NCBI GenBank assembly: GCA_036004985.1
Contig: DASYQX010000049.1
Coordinates: 87,676-151,675, forward strand
Source: Gemmatimonadales bacterium
Lineage (GTDB): Bacteria > Gemmatimonadota > Gemmatimonadetes > Gemmatimonadales > GWC2-71-9
Direction: 5' to 3'
DNA length: 64,000 nucleotides
Part shown: in pieces, positions 38,181 through 46,399 of the stretch
Layout of the letters: every line of letters begins with the position of its first letter
Numbering within the stretch: position 1 is the first letter of the stretch
The notes under the pieces: generated by a model
Seen by the model: the letters and a program-made list of their open reading frames with translations, nothing else
The model's database searches: none
What the model was told of the DNA's origin: nothing
Translations under genes and position numbers: made by a program

Positions 38181-38351
38181 ATGCGGGTTGCGACCGATTA
38201 CATCCGTCACGCGGCGCGCCTCGCCCGGAAGTACGCCGGCGATCCTCTGGGCGGCGCCCCTCAAGCCCCCGACCCGGAATTCTACAAGACGCTGGCGAAG
38301 GCGCTGGAAGAAATCGCCGCCGGGCTGGACGCGCTGGGCAAGGAGGAGTGA
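38181..38351 (+). CDS. Unlisted small ORF (56 aa), unknown function
   Basis: ATG 6 nt after GGAG. Encodes MRVATDYIRHAARLARKYAGDPLGGAPQAPDPEFYKTLAKALEEIAAGLDALGKEE with G/C-rich third positions. Below the 60-aa cutoff of the ORF track. Confidence 0.4.
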   Translation: MRVATDYIRHAARLARKYAGDPLGGAPQAPDPEFYKTLAKALEEIAAGLDALGKEE

Positions 38352-38372
38352 TCACCATCAAACGAACACCCC

Positions 38373-39497
38373 GTGGATAGTTACGTCAACACGCCCGCGG
38401 CGCTCAGCGCGCTGATCGCCGCCATCCGTCGCGAGCCGCGGGTCGCCGTCGACACCGAGGCCGCGAGCTTCCACCGCTACCGCGACCGCATCTACCTCGT
38501 GCAAGTCTCGACCCCCGACCGCGCCACCCTCATCGACCCCCTCGCGCTCGCCGACCTGTCGCCCCTCGGCGCACTGCTCGCCGACCGCAACGTCGAAAAA
38601 ACGTTCCACGATGCCGACTATGATCTTCGAGTGCTCGATCGCGACTACGCGTTCCGCGCCGCGCGCCTGTTCGACACCCGGATCGCCGCTCAGCTCGCGG
38701 GCGAGCCGGCCATCGGACTCGCCGCGCTGCTCGAGCGCTACCTCGGCCTGAAACTGGCCAAGGAGCACCAGAAGGCCGACTGGTCCCAGCGACCCCTGCC
38801 TCCCGCGATGCTGGCATACGCCGCGGCCGACGTGCGCCACCTGCTCGCGCTGCGCGACGCGCTGGAGAAGCGGCTGCGGGAACTGGGCCGGCTGGAGTGG
38901 GCGGCGGAGGAGTTCAGCCGGCTGGAAGCATTGCGCTGGACGGGCCCCGCCGAGGGCGACACCGACGGGTATCTGCGCGCGAAGGGGGTCAAAGGCCTCG
39001 CGCCTCGCTCTCTCGCGGCGTTCCGGGAGCTCCACCGGTGGCGGGAGACCGTGGCGGCGCGGGAGGACAAGGCGCCGTTCCGGGTGATCGGCAACGACGC
39101 GCTGCTCGCCACGAGCCGTGCGCTCCCCGCGTCCCTAGCGGAGCTCACGCGCATCAAGGACCTCCCCGCGTCGCTCGCCCGGCGGCACGGGCCGGCCCTG
39201 CTCGACGCGGTGGCGCGGGCCCGCGCCCTCCCGGAGCGCGACCTCCCGCGCCTCGAGCGCGCCCCACGCACACCGCGGGACCCGCACTTCGAACAGCGGG
39301 TCGAGCAGCTCAAGACGGCGCGCAACCGCGTCGCGGCCCAACTGGGCCTGGACCTGGGCGTCCTGTGCGGCCGCACGACCCTCGAAGCGGTCGCCCAACG
39401 GCGCCCAACGAACCGAGCCGGGCTCGCCCAGGTGGGTGAGCTCCGGCGCTGGCAAATCGAGGTGTTGGGGGACGCTCTGCTCGAAGCCCTGCGCTAG
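38373..39497 (+). CDS. rnd: Ribonuclease D
   Basis: DEDDy exonuclease motifs (VAVDTE, FHDADYDL, YAAADV) plus a C-terminal HRDC region. Confidence 0.9.
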   Translation: MDSYVNTPAALSALIAAIRREPRVAVDTEAASFHRYRDRIYLVQVSTPDRATLIDPLALADLSPLGALLADRNVEKTFHDADYDLRVLDRDYAFRAARLFDTRIAAQLAGEPAIGLAALLERYLGLKLAKEHQKADWSQRPLPPAMLAYAAADVRHLLALRDALEKRLRELGRLEWAAEEFSRLEALRWTGPAEGDTDGYLRAKGVKGLAPRSLAAFRELHRWRETVAAREDKAPFRVIGNDALLATSRALPASLAELTRIKDLPASLARRHGPALLDAVARARALPERDLPRLERAPRTPRDPHFEQRVEQLKTARNRVAAQLGLDLGVLCGRTTLEAVAQRRPTNRAGLAQVGELRRWQIEVLGDALLEALR

Positions 39498-39805
39498 AAC
39501 CCCATCATCGCCCGTACTTTGGGTTCGATGCGTTCCGGGCTCCAGTACGGCTCCCACACGATGTCGATGTTCACGTCTTTCACGCCCGCGAGGGCGCGCA
39601 CGACTTTGTGGGCGTCGTTCGTGATCATCGGGCCCGCGGGACAGCCGGGCGACGTCAGCGTCATCTGAATGCGCACGTCGCCATCCTCCACCTCGACATC
39701 GTAGACCAACCCGAGGTCGATGATGTTGAGATCGAGCTCGGGGTCCTTCACCTGGCGCAGCGCCTGGCGAACCGACTCGGCGGTGAGTGTTTCGGTCATC
39801 GTCAT
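39494..39805 (-). CDS. DUF59/MIP18 family Fe-S assembly protein (SufT-like)
   Basis: 103 aa from MTMTETL with DPELDLNIIDLGLVY and TLTSPGCP motifs; GGAGG RBS. The track 5' extension is rejected. Confidence 0.85.
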   Translation of the reverse strand: MTMTETLTAESVRQALRQVKDPELDLNIIDLGLVYDVEVEDGDVRIQMTLTSPGCPAGPMITNDAHKVVRALAGVKDVNIDIVWEPYWSPERIEPKVRAMMGF

Positions 39806-39825
39806 ACAGCCTCCACCGGCCGAAG

Positions 39826-40215
39826 CTAGCGGCTGGGACGCGCCGCGGTCAACGGCAAGCCGCGCACCAGGCAGCGGCGCCGCGCGGCGATCCACGCGTA
39901 CGCCCGGCGCGCGACCGGCAGCACACCGGGCACCCGGAACAGCGGCGCGAGCCAGCGCTTCCCCGGTAACAGCCGCAGCAGCTCCGGCGCGGCGTCGGCC
40001 CCTGCGTACACGCGGCCGTCCGGAAACACGAGGTGCATCGCCGCCGCGAGCGCGGGGAGGGCGATGCCGAAGCGGGCGACCGCCTGCTCGTCCTGAAAGC
40101 TCAAGTAGCGCAGCACGCGGTCGCGGTCCCAGCGACGCAGCAGCTCGACCGCCCGCTGGCAAATGCCGCACTCGCCGTCGTAGATGAGTGTCGGGCCATC
40201 TCGCTCAGCGCCCAT
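39826..40215 (-). CDS. DCC-family thiol-disulfide oxidoreductase (DUF393)
   Basis: N-terminal LIYDGECGIC motif; 129 aa. Confidence 0.85.
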   Translation of the reverse strand: MGAERDGPTLIYDGECGICQRAVELLRRWDRDRVLRYLSFQDEQAVARFGIALPALAAAMHLVFPDGRVYAGADAAPELLRLLPGKRWLAPLFRVPGVLPVARRAYAWIAARRRCLVRGLPLTAARPSR

Positions 40216-41383
40216 CGGCGGCGCGCGCGGCGGCGTCGGCCACGCGGCCGCGCACGTCCTTCAGGACGGTGAACGACCGGCGCGCCCTCGGGGCGAACGC
40301 GCGATTCGTCAGGAGCAGCACGAACACGCCGCGGTCGGGATCGATCCACAACGACGTCCCGGTCCATCCGGTATGGCCGTAGGTCCGCGGGCCGAGCTGC
40401 GTGCCCGCGCTCGATATATCCTCACCCGTCGGGACGGCTTCCCAGCCGAGGGTCCGCGCGCTGGCCCCGCGCCGGGCCTTGACGGCGACGGCCGTGAAGG
40501 CGCGCACCGTTTCGGGCCGGAGCAGGCGTGGCCCACCCGGCAGCGCGCCCTCGCCCAGCATGAACTGCGCGAAGCGGGCGACGTCACGCGCGCTCGCGAA
40601 CAACCCTGCGTGTCCGGCCACGCCGCCCAGTTTCGCGGCGTTGGCATCGTTCACCGTCCCCGCCACGGGCGCTCCGCGCCACACGCCCGTGGGGGCGATG
40701 CGCCGCACGAGCTGGCGCGACGGCCGAAACACCGTCTGTCGCATGCCCAAGGGCACGAAGATCTCGCGGGTCGCGAAGGCGTCGAGCGGCCCGCCCCACC
40801 CGGCCCGCCGGACGATCTCGCCGAGCAGGATCGCGTTCAGGTCCGAATAGACCATGCGCGTTCCGGGTGGCGCGAGCGGCGCCTCGGTCAGCACCATCCG
40901 CAACGCTTCCGTGGAGTCCCGCGCGTCGCGGTACAGCGGCAGGGTGCCGCGGAGCCCCGAGGTGTGCGTCAGCAGGTGACGCACGGTGACGTCGGCGGTG
41001 GCGAACTCGGGGAGATAGCGGCGCACGGGGGCGTCCAGGTCCACGCGCCCGCGTTCGACGAGCAGCATCAGCGCGGTCGTAGTGGCGATGACCTTCGTCA
41101 GCGAGGCGAGATCCCAGAGGGTGCTGTCGGGGTCGACGGCGGCGCTCCGTGGCGACCAGGTGAGGCGCCCGTAGCCCTTGGCGAACAGGACCGTGTCGCG
41201 CCGCCCGACGACGAGGGCGGCGCCGGGATAGGCGCCGCGGCGGATGCCGTCCAGCACGAGCGGGTCAAAGGTGGCGGCCGTGAAGGACGCAGGTGGGGTC
41301 CGGGTCACCCCCGGGCGCCCCGGCGTCAGCCGGGGCTGCGTCCCCTGCACGAGCACCGCCACCAGCAGCGCCGCTACGACCAA
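40205..41383 (-). CDS. Serine hydrolase, beta-lactamase/PBP4* family
   Basis: SLTK active-site motif. Start uncertain: TTG at 41383 or GTG at 41362 before a hydrophobic signal-like segment. Confidence 0.75.
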   Translation of the reverse strand: MVVAALLVAVLVQGTQPRLTPGRPGVTRTPPASFTAATFDPLVLDGIRRGAYPGAALVVGRRDTVLFAKGYGRLTWSPRSAAVDPDSTLWDLASLTKVIATTTALMLLVERGRVDLDAPVRRYLPEFATADVTVRHLLTHTSGLRGTLPLYRDARDSTEALRMVLTEAPLAPPGTRMVYSDLNAILLGEIVRRAGWGGPLDAFATREIFVPLGMRQTVFRPSRQLVRRIAPTGVWRGAPVAGTVNDANAAKLGGVAGHAGLFASARDVARFAQFMLGEGALPGGPRLLRPETVRAFTAVAVKARRGASARTLGWEAVPTGEDISSAGTQLGPRTYGHTGWTGTSLWIDPDRGVFVLLLTNRAFAPRARRSFTVLKDVRGRVADAAARAADGR

Positions 41384-42489
41384 ATGCCTGGAATCCGGCG
41401 GCTGCACGCGGGACAGCGCCCGTCCGTCCCCACGCGCTGCTGCTTGATCACGTAACCGTGACGCTCGATGAGCAGGTCTCCACAATCGGGGCACCAAGTG
41501 TGCTCCCACCGGCCCACGCGGCCTGGGAGGTTGCCCGCGTAGATGAACTTGAGCCCGGCCTTGGCCCCGATCTCACAGGCCCGCACCAGCGTGGCGGCGG
41601 GCGTGTCGTCGGGGTCGGTCATCTTGTAGTCCTTGTGGAACGCCGTGACGTGCCACGGTATCTCCGGCGAGACGGAGGCGATGTACTCGGCGGCGCGCGC
41701 GAGCTGGGCGTCGTCGTCGTTGAAGCCCGGTACGATCAAGGTCACGATCTCGAGCCAGAAGCCGCGCTCGTGCACCATCCGGACGGCATCGAGGACGTGC
41801 TGCAGCACACCGCCCAGCTCGCGGTAGCGCCGGTCGTCCATCGCCTTGAGGTCGATCTTATAGCAGTCGGTCCAGGGCCGGATGTAGTCGAGCACCTCGG
41901 GGGTCGCGTTGCCGTTCGAAATGAACGCGGTCTTGAGGCCGTGCGCCCGGGCGACCTTGAAGACGTCCCGGGCCCATTCCGCCGTGATCAGCGGCTCGTT
42001 GTAGGACGACCCGACCATGCGGGCGCCCTGGCGCAGCGCGAGGCGCACGAGATCGTCGGGGGTGACGTCGGTCGGCAGGATGCCGGCGCTGTCGTCCCGC
42101 AGCGCCTGGGAGGTCAGCCAGTTCTGGCAGTAGCCGCAGTGGAAGTCGCACCCCAGCATTCCGAAGGTGAGGGTGTCGCTCCCGGGGAAGCAATGGAAGA
42201 ACGGTTTTTTTTCCGTGGGGTCGCACTGCAGCGCGGCCACGTAGCCGGCCGGGACGAGCAACGTTCCTTCCTTATTGAACCGCACCTTGCAGATGCCGCG
42301 CCGGCCGGGCTTGACGAGGCAACGGTGACCGCAGGCGAAGCAGCGCACCGCCCCGCCCTCCAGTCTCTCGGTCAGCTCCGCGCTCGCCTCCCGCACCCGG
42401 GCGTCGAGCGCCTGCGCCAAGGTGGCGGGCCCGCCGTCGGGAGGCGGGGCAGTGCGCGTCAGGAAGGAGACGATGCTGCGGGGGGCCAT
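41374..42489 (-). CDS. AmmeMemoRadiSam-system-type radical SAM enzyme
   Basis: CDFHCGYCQN radical SAM cluster, N-terminal CFACGHRC and C-terminal CPDC...CPAC, DPTEKKPFFH. Confidence 0.85.
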   Translation of the reverse strand: MAPRSIVSFLTRTAPPPDGGPATLAQALDARVREASAELTERLEGGAVRCFACGHRCLVKPGRRGICKVRFNKEGTLLVPAGYVAALQCDPTEKKPFFHCFPGSDTLTFGMLGCDFHCGYCQNWLTSQALRDDSAGILPTDVTPDDLVRLALRQGARMVGSSYNEPLITAEWARDVFKVARAHGLKTAFISNGNATPEVLDYIRPWTDCYKIDLKAMDDRRYRELGGVLQHVLDAVRMVHERGFWLEIVTLIVPGFNDDDAQLARAAEYIASVSPEIPWHVTAFHKDYKMTDPDDTPAATLVRACEIGAKAGLKFIYAGNLPGRVGRWEHTWCPDCGDLLIERHGYVIKQQRVGTDGRCPACSRRIPGIWS

Positions 42490-42494
42490 GACCG

Positions 42495-43298
42495 TCAGCG
42501 CAGGCTCCCCGGCGACAGCTGGTAGAGGAGCTGAGCCGTGCGCACGTCCCGGTCGGACAGCGCGCGGACTTTCGCCGTGGGAAACATGAGGTCGGTGGAG
42601 TCGGGCGAGTGATCGAGCCCCAGGACGTGACCGATTTCATGGATCGCCACCACGCGGATGTCGTCGGCGTCCATGGCGCGACCCTTCGGGTCGAACGTGG
42701 CGAGGGTGACCACCGCCGTCTGAATCCGTCCGTCCTGATCCCAGGTGAGATCGGTCTGGCCGGTCCGCTCGATTTCGAACTGCGGCTTCCACCGGAACGT
42801 GACCTCGGCGTCGGTGGAGTCCCCCGACAGGTCGAAGCGGACCGGGACCGCGGCGCTGCTCCATTCGGCGAAGGCGCTGCGGATCGCGTCGAGGAAGGCG
42901 GGCTGGAAGTTCGCGGCGAAGGTCGGGGCGAACCACACCCGCACCGGCCTCGTGACCCGGTCGTCCCAGCGGCGCAGCATCGAGTCGCCACTCGCCGCGA
43001 GGATGTCGTTGAGGTAGGTGCTGCCGGCGCTGGCGCGAATGCGGCGCCGCGCCTCGGCCCGCGCCAGGAGGTCGGTGTAGGTCGGCTCGCGCGCCGCGGA
43101 CCCCGGCGTCGTGCTGGGGGTGGCGGGCGCCGCGGTCCCCTGCGAGCTCGAGGTCGGCGCCGCCGGGGGCGGCGTCACCACGACCTCGGGCTCGGGCGGC
43201 AGCGGGCGCGGCGCGGGCTTGAACACGTCCCACATGATGAACAGGACGAGCAGCACCGCCGCCGCGGCGATCATTGCAGTGAGTCGGCGTTCCACCAT
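42495..43298 (-). CDS. Matrixin-like (M10) zinc metalloprotease, membrane-anchored
   Basis: HEIGHVLGLDHS zinc site, N-terminal TM helix and a Pro/Thr-rich linker. Confidence 0.8.
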   Translation of the reverse strand: MVERRLTAMIAAAAVLLVLFIMWDVFKPAPRPLPPEPEVVVTPPPAAPTSSSQGTAAPATPSTTPGSAAREPTYTDLLARAEARRRIRASAGSTYLNDILAASGDSMLRRWDDRVTRPVRVWFAPTFAANFQPAFLDAIRSAFAEWSSAAVPVRFDLSGDSTDAEVTFRWKPQFEIERTGQTDLTWDQDGRIQTAVVTLATFDPKGRAMDADDIRVVAIHEIGHVLGLDHSPDSTDLMFPTAKVRALSDRDVRTAQLLYQLSPGSLR

Positions 43299-43388
43299 GC
43301 GCGCAATATGGTTGGATGCGGGGCCGCGCCGCTAGCTTTGGTGCCCCCGCGTCTCTATGATTGTGGCCTGCTTATGTTTGGACCGTAG

Positions 43389-45662
43389 GTGATCACGTTA
43401 CCCGCGAGGCCGCTCATCCGCTGGCGCGTTTGGGTGATCGCGGCGTGGGCGGCGCTGGTCGTGCTGTTCGCGCCGCGGGCGACGCACGTGCAGCGTGTCC
43501 TGGCGGTGCGCGGGGCCTTCGTCGAAGCCACCGAGTCCGCCCGCGCCACCCAGCTGATCCGGAGCGCCTTCCCCAATCCGATCGCGGACTACGTGGCTAT
43601 CGTCGTGCACGGGCCCGTCCGCTGGACCCACCCGACGTTCGAGGCCGTGCTCGATTCCGTCTCCGCCGCGGTGGCGCGGCGCACCTACGTCAGCCAGGTC
43701 GTGTCGGTCCGCACCATCGGTGAGTCCACCTTCGTCAGCGCGGATCGCCGCACGACCTTCCTGATCGCCGCGCTGACGCCCGGCAGCACCACGGACCTGA
43801 ATCGGACCGTCGTGCCCGAGCTGCGCGGCATCGTGCGCGAGACCGTGGCGCGCCTGCCCCACGGCGCCGAGTTCGACGTCAAGATCACCGGGAACCCGGC
43901 GCTCGATTACGACGTGCGCACCGTGAGCGCGGAGGACACCGACCGGGGCGAAGCGCGGGTGCTGCCGCTGACGCTCGTCGTGCTGGTGCTCGCCTTTGGC
44001 GCCCTGGTCGCCGCGACGCTGCCGATCGTCGTCGGCATGGTCGCCATCACCATCGCGCTCGGACTCGTGACGATCGCGGCTCAGTACCAGACGATGTCGG
44101 TCTTCGTGCTCAACATCACCACGATGGTGGGGCTCGGCGTCGGCATCGACTATTCGCTGCTCATCGTGACACGGTTCCGCGAGGAGTTGAATCGGGGGTT
44201 GTCGCCGCCGGACGCCGCCGTGCGCACGATCGAGACGGCCGGATCGGCGGTCGTGACCTCGGGGCTGACGGTGGTGGTGGGCTTCGCCGCCCTCGTCACC
44301 ACGCCGCTCACCGAGACCCGGTCGGTCGGGATCGGCGGTCTCCTCGTGGTCGCCGTGGCCGTGCTGCTCGCGACGACGCTCCTGCCCGCGGTGCTGGCGG
44401 TGCTGGGCCGGAACATCGACCAGCCGAGAGGGCTGGCGCGCTTCCTCGCTCCGGTCCACGCGCCGGGCGGCTGGGAGCGGTGGGCGCGGTGGCTGAGCCA
44501 CCGGCCGTGGCGGGCCATCGCGGGCGGCGGGATTGCGGTGGCCGTGCTCACGCTGCCCCTGACGAAGATTCGGATCGGCCTACCGGCGCGCAACTGGTTC
44601 CCCCCGCAGTCCGAGTCGGGCCAGGGGCTGGCCGCGCTCCGTGAGATGGGCGCCAGCGGCGTGATCCAGCCGATCCGCATCGTGGTGCAGCTGCCCGAAG
44701 GGGAATCGGTGCTGGCCGGCCGGCGGCTGCCGGGCCTCAAGGCCCTGAGCGACTCGCTGCGCCGGGATCCCCGCGTCCGGGAGGTGCGCGGCATCGCGAC
44801 GCTCCGCCCGGGTCTCTCCACGCTGCAGCTCCTGATGTTCTACAGCGACGCCCAGGCCGTGCACGATCGCTACCCCGAGTTCTTCAATGCGTACCTCAGC
44901 GCCGACCGGCGCGCCACGTTGATCGACGTGATCGCCGCCGACACCGTCTCGCTCACGGGCATGATGGACCTGACGCGGCACGCGCGGCGAGTGATCGCCC
45001 GGGGGATACGGGGCCTGCAGGGCGCGGAGGTCGTGGTCGGCGGGTTCGCGGCGTCGAGCGTGGACCTGCAGCAGGACCTGCTGAGGCGGTTCCCGGGTAT
45101 CGTCGCGATGATCCTGGGCGTGACGGCGATCATGCTGTTCATCGCCTTCCGCTCGCTGCTCGTTCCCCTCAAGGCCGTGGTGCTGAACTGCGTCTCGGTG
45201 AGCGCCGCCTTCGGCGTCACCGTCCTCGTCTTCCAACACGGGTACGGCGGCTCCCTGTTCGGGCTCGAGGGCCCGACGCAGGCGATCTTCGTCGTCGTCC
45301 CGGTGCTCGTGTTCGCAACGGTGTTCGGCCTGTCGATGGACTACGAGGTGTTCCTGCTCACGCGCGTGAAAGAGGTGTTCGACAAGACCGGCCGAAACGA
45401 CCACGCGACCATGGAAGGCCTGTCGGCGACGGCGTCCACGATCACCTTCGCCGCCCTCATCATGATCATCGTGTTCGGCAACTTCGCGTTCACGCGCGTG
45501 CTGGCCGTACAGTTCATCGGTTTCGGCCTGGCGATGGCGGTCCTGCTCGATGCCACGCTGATCCGCATGGTGCTCGTGCCGGCGATCATGCACATCGCGG
45601 GCCGATGGAATTGGTGGCCGGGCGTGCGTGCCCCCACGTTGGAGGCGGGAGACAGCGAGTAG
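43389..45662 (+). CDS. MMPL/RND-superfamily transporter
   Basis: 757 aa with two 6-TM bundles separated by periplasmic domains and the MMPL-type repeat SMDYEVFLLTR. Confidence 0.9.
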   Translation: MITLPARPLIRWRVWVIAAWAALVVLFAPRATHVQRVLAVRGAFVEATESARATQLIRSAFPNPIADYVAIVVHGPVRWTHPTFEAVLDSVSAAVARRTYVSQVVSVRTIGESTFVSADRRTTFLIAALTPGSTTDLNRTVVPELRGIVRETVARLPHGAEFDVKITGNPALDYDVRTVSAEDTDRGEARVLPLTLVVLVLAFGALVAATLPIVVGMVAITIALGLVTIAAQYQTMSVFVLNITTMVGLGVGIDYSLLIVTRFREELNRGLSPPDAAVRTIETAGSAVVTSGLTVVVGFAALVTTPLTETRSVGIGGLLVVAVAVLLATTLLPAVLAVLGRNIDQPRGLARFLAPVHAPGGWERWARWLSHRPWRAIAGGGIAVAVLTLPLTKIRIGLPARNWFPPQSESGQGLAALREMGASGVIQPIRIVVQLPEGESVLAGRRLPGLKALSDSLRRDPRVREVRGIATLRPGLSTLQLLMFYSDAQAVHDRYPEFFNAYLSADRRATLIDVIAADTVSLTGMMDLTRHARRVIARGIRGLQGAEVVVGGFAASSVDLQQDLLRRFPGIVAMILGVTAIMLFIAFRSLLVPLKAVVLNCVSVSAAFGVTVLVFQHGYGGSLFGLEGPTQAIFVVVPVLVFATVFGLSMDYEVFLLTRVKEVFDKTGRNDHATMEGLSATASTITFAALIMIIVFGNFAFTRVLAVQFIGFGLAMAVLLDATLIRMVLVPAIMHIAGRWNWWPGVRAPTLEAGDSE

Positions 45663-45670
45663 GCCGGGCG

Positions 45671-46057
45671 TCAGCCGTCCAGCCGCCGGAGCGTCGTCCC
45701 CCACAGGTCCCAGTGCCAGGCCGGCACCCGGATTCCCGTCCGCGGGTCCTTGAGCGGCTTGTATTGCAGCCAGGCGGCCTGGAGCCCGAGGGTGCCGCCC
45801 AGCGCCAGCAGACGTTCCTTGTCGGCGCTCACGAGATGCACCATGGGCTCAGCGCGGATCTTGTGGCGGTGAAGCCAAACGCCGCCGTCGAGGGCGAAGC
45901 AAAGCCCGTCGCGGCGGCGTGTGAATTCCCGATAGAGCGGCGCTACGTGCAGGTAATGTGTCCCTCGGACGTGGCGGGCGCGGGCGGCGACGCGACGACG
46001 CCGTTGTACAGGGCGCACATGCGCGCAGTCTGCGTGTGCCTCGCCTCCGCCGACCAA
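45671..46057 (-). CDS. DUF4031-like protein
   Basis: HLVSAD...LGL...W...WHWDL pattern. The start is unresolved; the track start overlaps the pilin gene by 115 nt. Confidence 0.5.
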   Translation of the reverse strand: MVGGGEAHADCAHVRPVQRRRRVAARARHVRGTHYLHVAPLYREFTRRRDGLCFALDGGVWLHRHKIRAEPMVHLVSADKERLLALGGTLGLQAAWLQYKPLKDPRTGIRVPAWHWDLWGTTLRRLDG

Positions 46058-46323
46058 CCCTTCGAGTCGGCGAAGAGGATGTTGACGGTCACACCCCGGC
46101 TCTCCACGAAGTTGTTCAGCTGCACCTTACTCGCGGTGTATTTCATGCTGTCGTAGAAAAAGGCCTCCTGCGCGGTCGATATGTTCCGCAGATCGGACTT
46201 CATCTGCCCGACGTAGGCCTTCTCCTTCGTGTTCGCGAACCTCGGGATGGCGAACGCCGCCAAGATCCCGATGATCACGACCACGATCAGCAGCTCGAGC
46301 AGTGTGAAACCACGCGACGTCAA
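45943..46323 (-). CDS. Type IV pilin / pseudopilin with prepilin N-terminal methylation motif
   Basis: TTG start 6 nt after GGAGG gives the leader MTSRG followed by FTLLELLIVVVIIGILAAFAIP. The longer track ORF is rejected. Confidence 0.8.
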   Translation of the reverse strand: MTSRGFTLLELLIVVVIIGILAAFAIPRFANTKEKAYVGQMKSDLRNISTAQEAFFYDSMKYTASKVQLNNFVESRGVTVNILFADSKGWSAEARHTQTARMCALYNGVVASPPAPATSEGHITCT

Positions 46324-46362
46324 AGCGATACCTCCGGGCGCCCAAGGGGAATCGACGTCCCT

Positions 46363-46385
46363 ATTGTGGGCCCCGGGGGCCCAAT
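46363..46385 (-). terminator. GC hairpin after the polA stop
   Basis: Palindrome TGGGCCCC-G-GGGGCCCA with ATTG/CAAT flanks, 15 nt after the polA TAG. No U-tract. Confidence 0.35.
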
Positions 46386-46399
46386 CTGCAAGAGGCATG

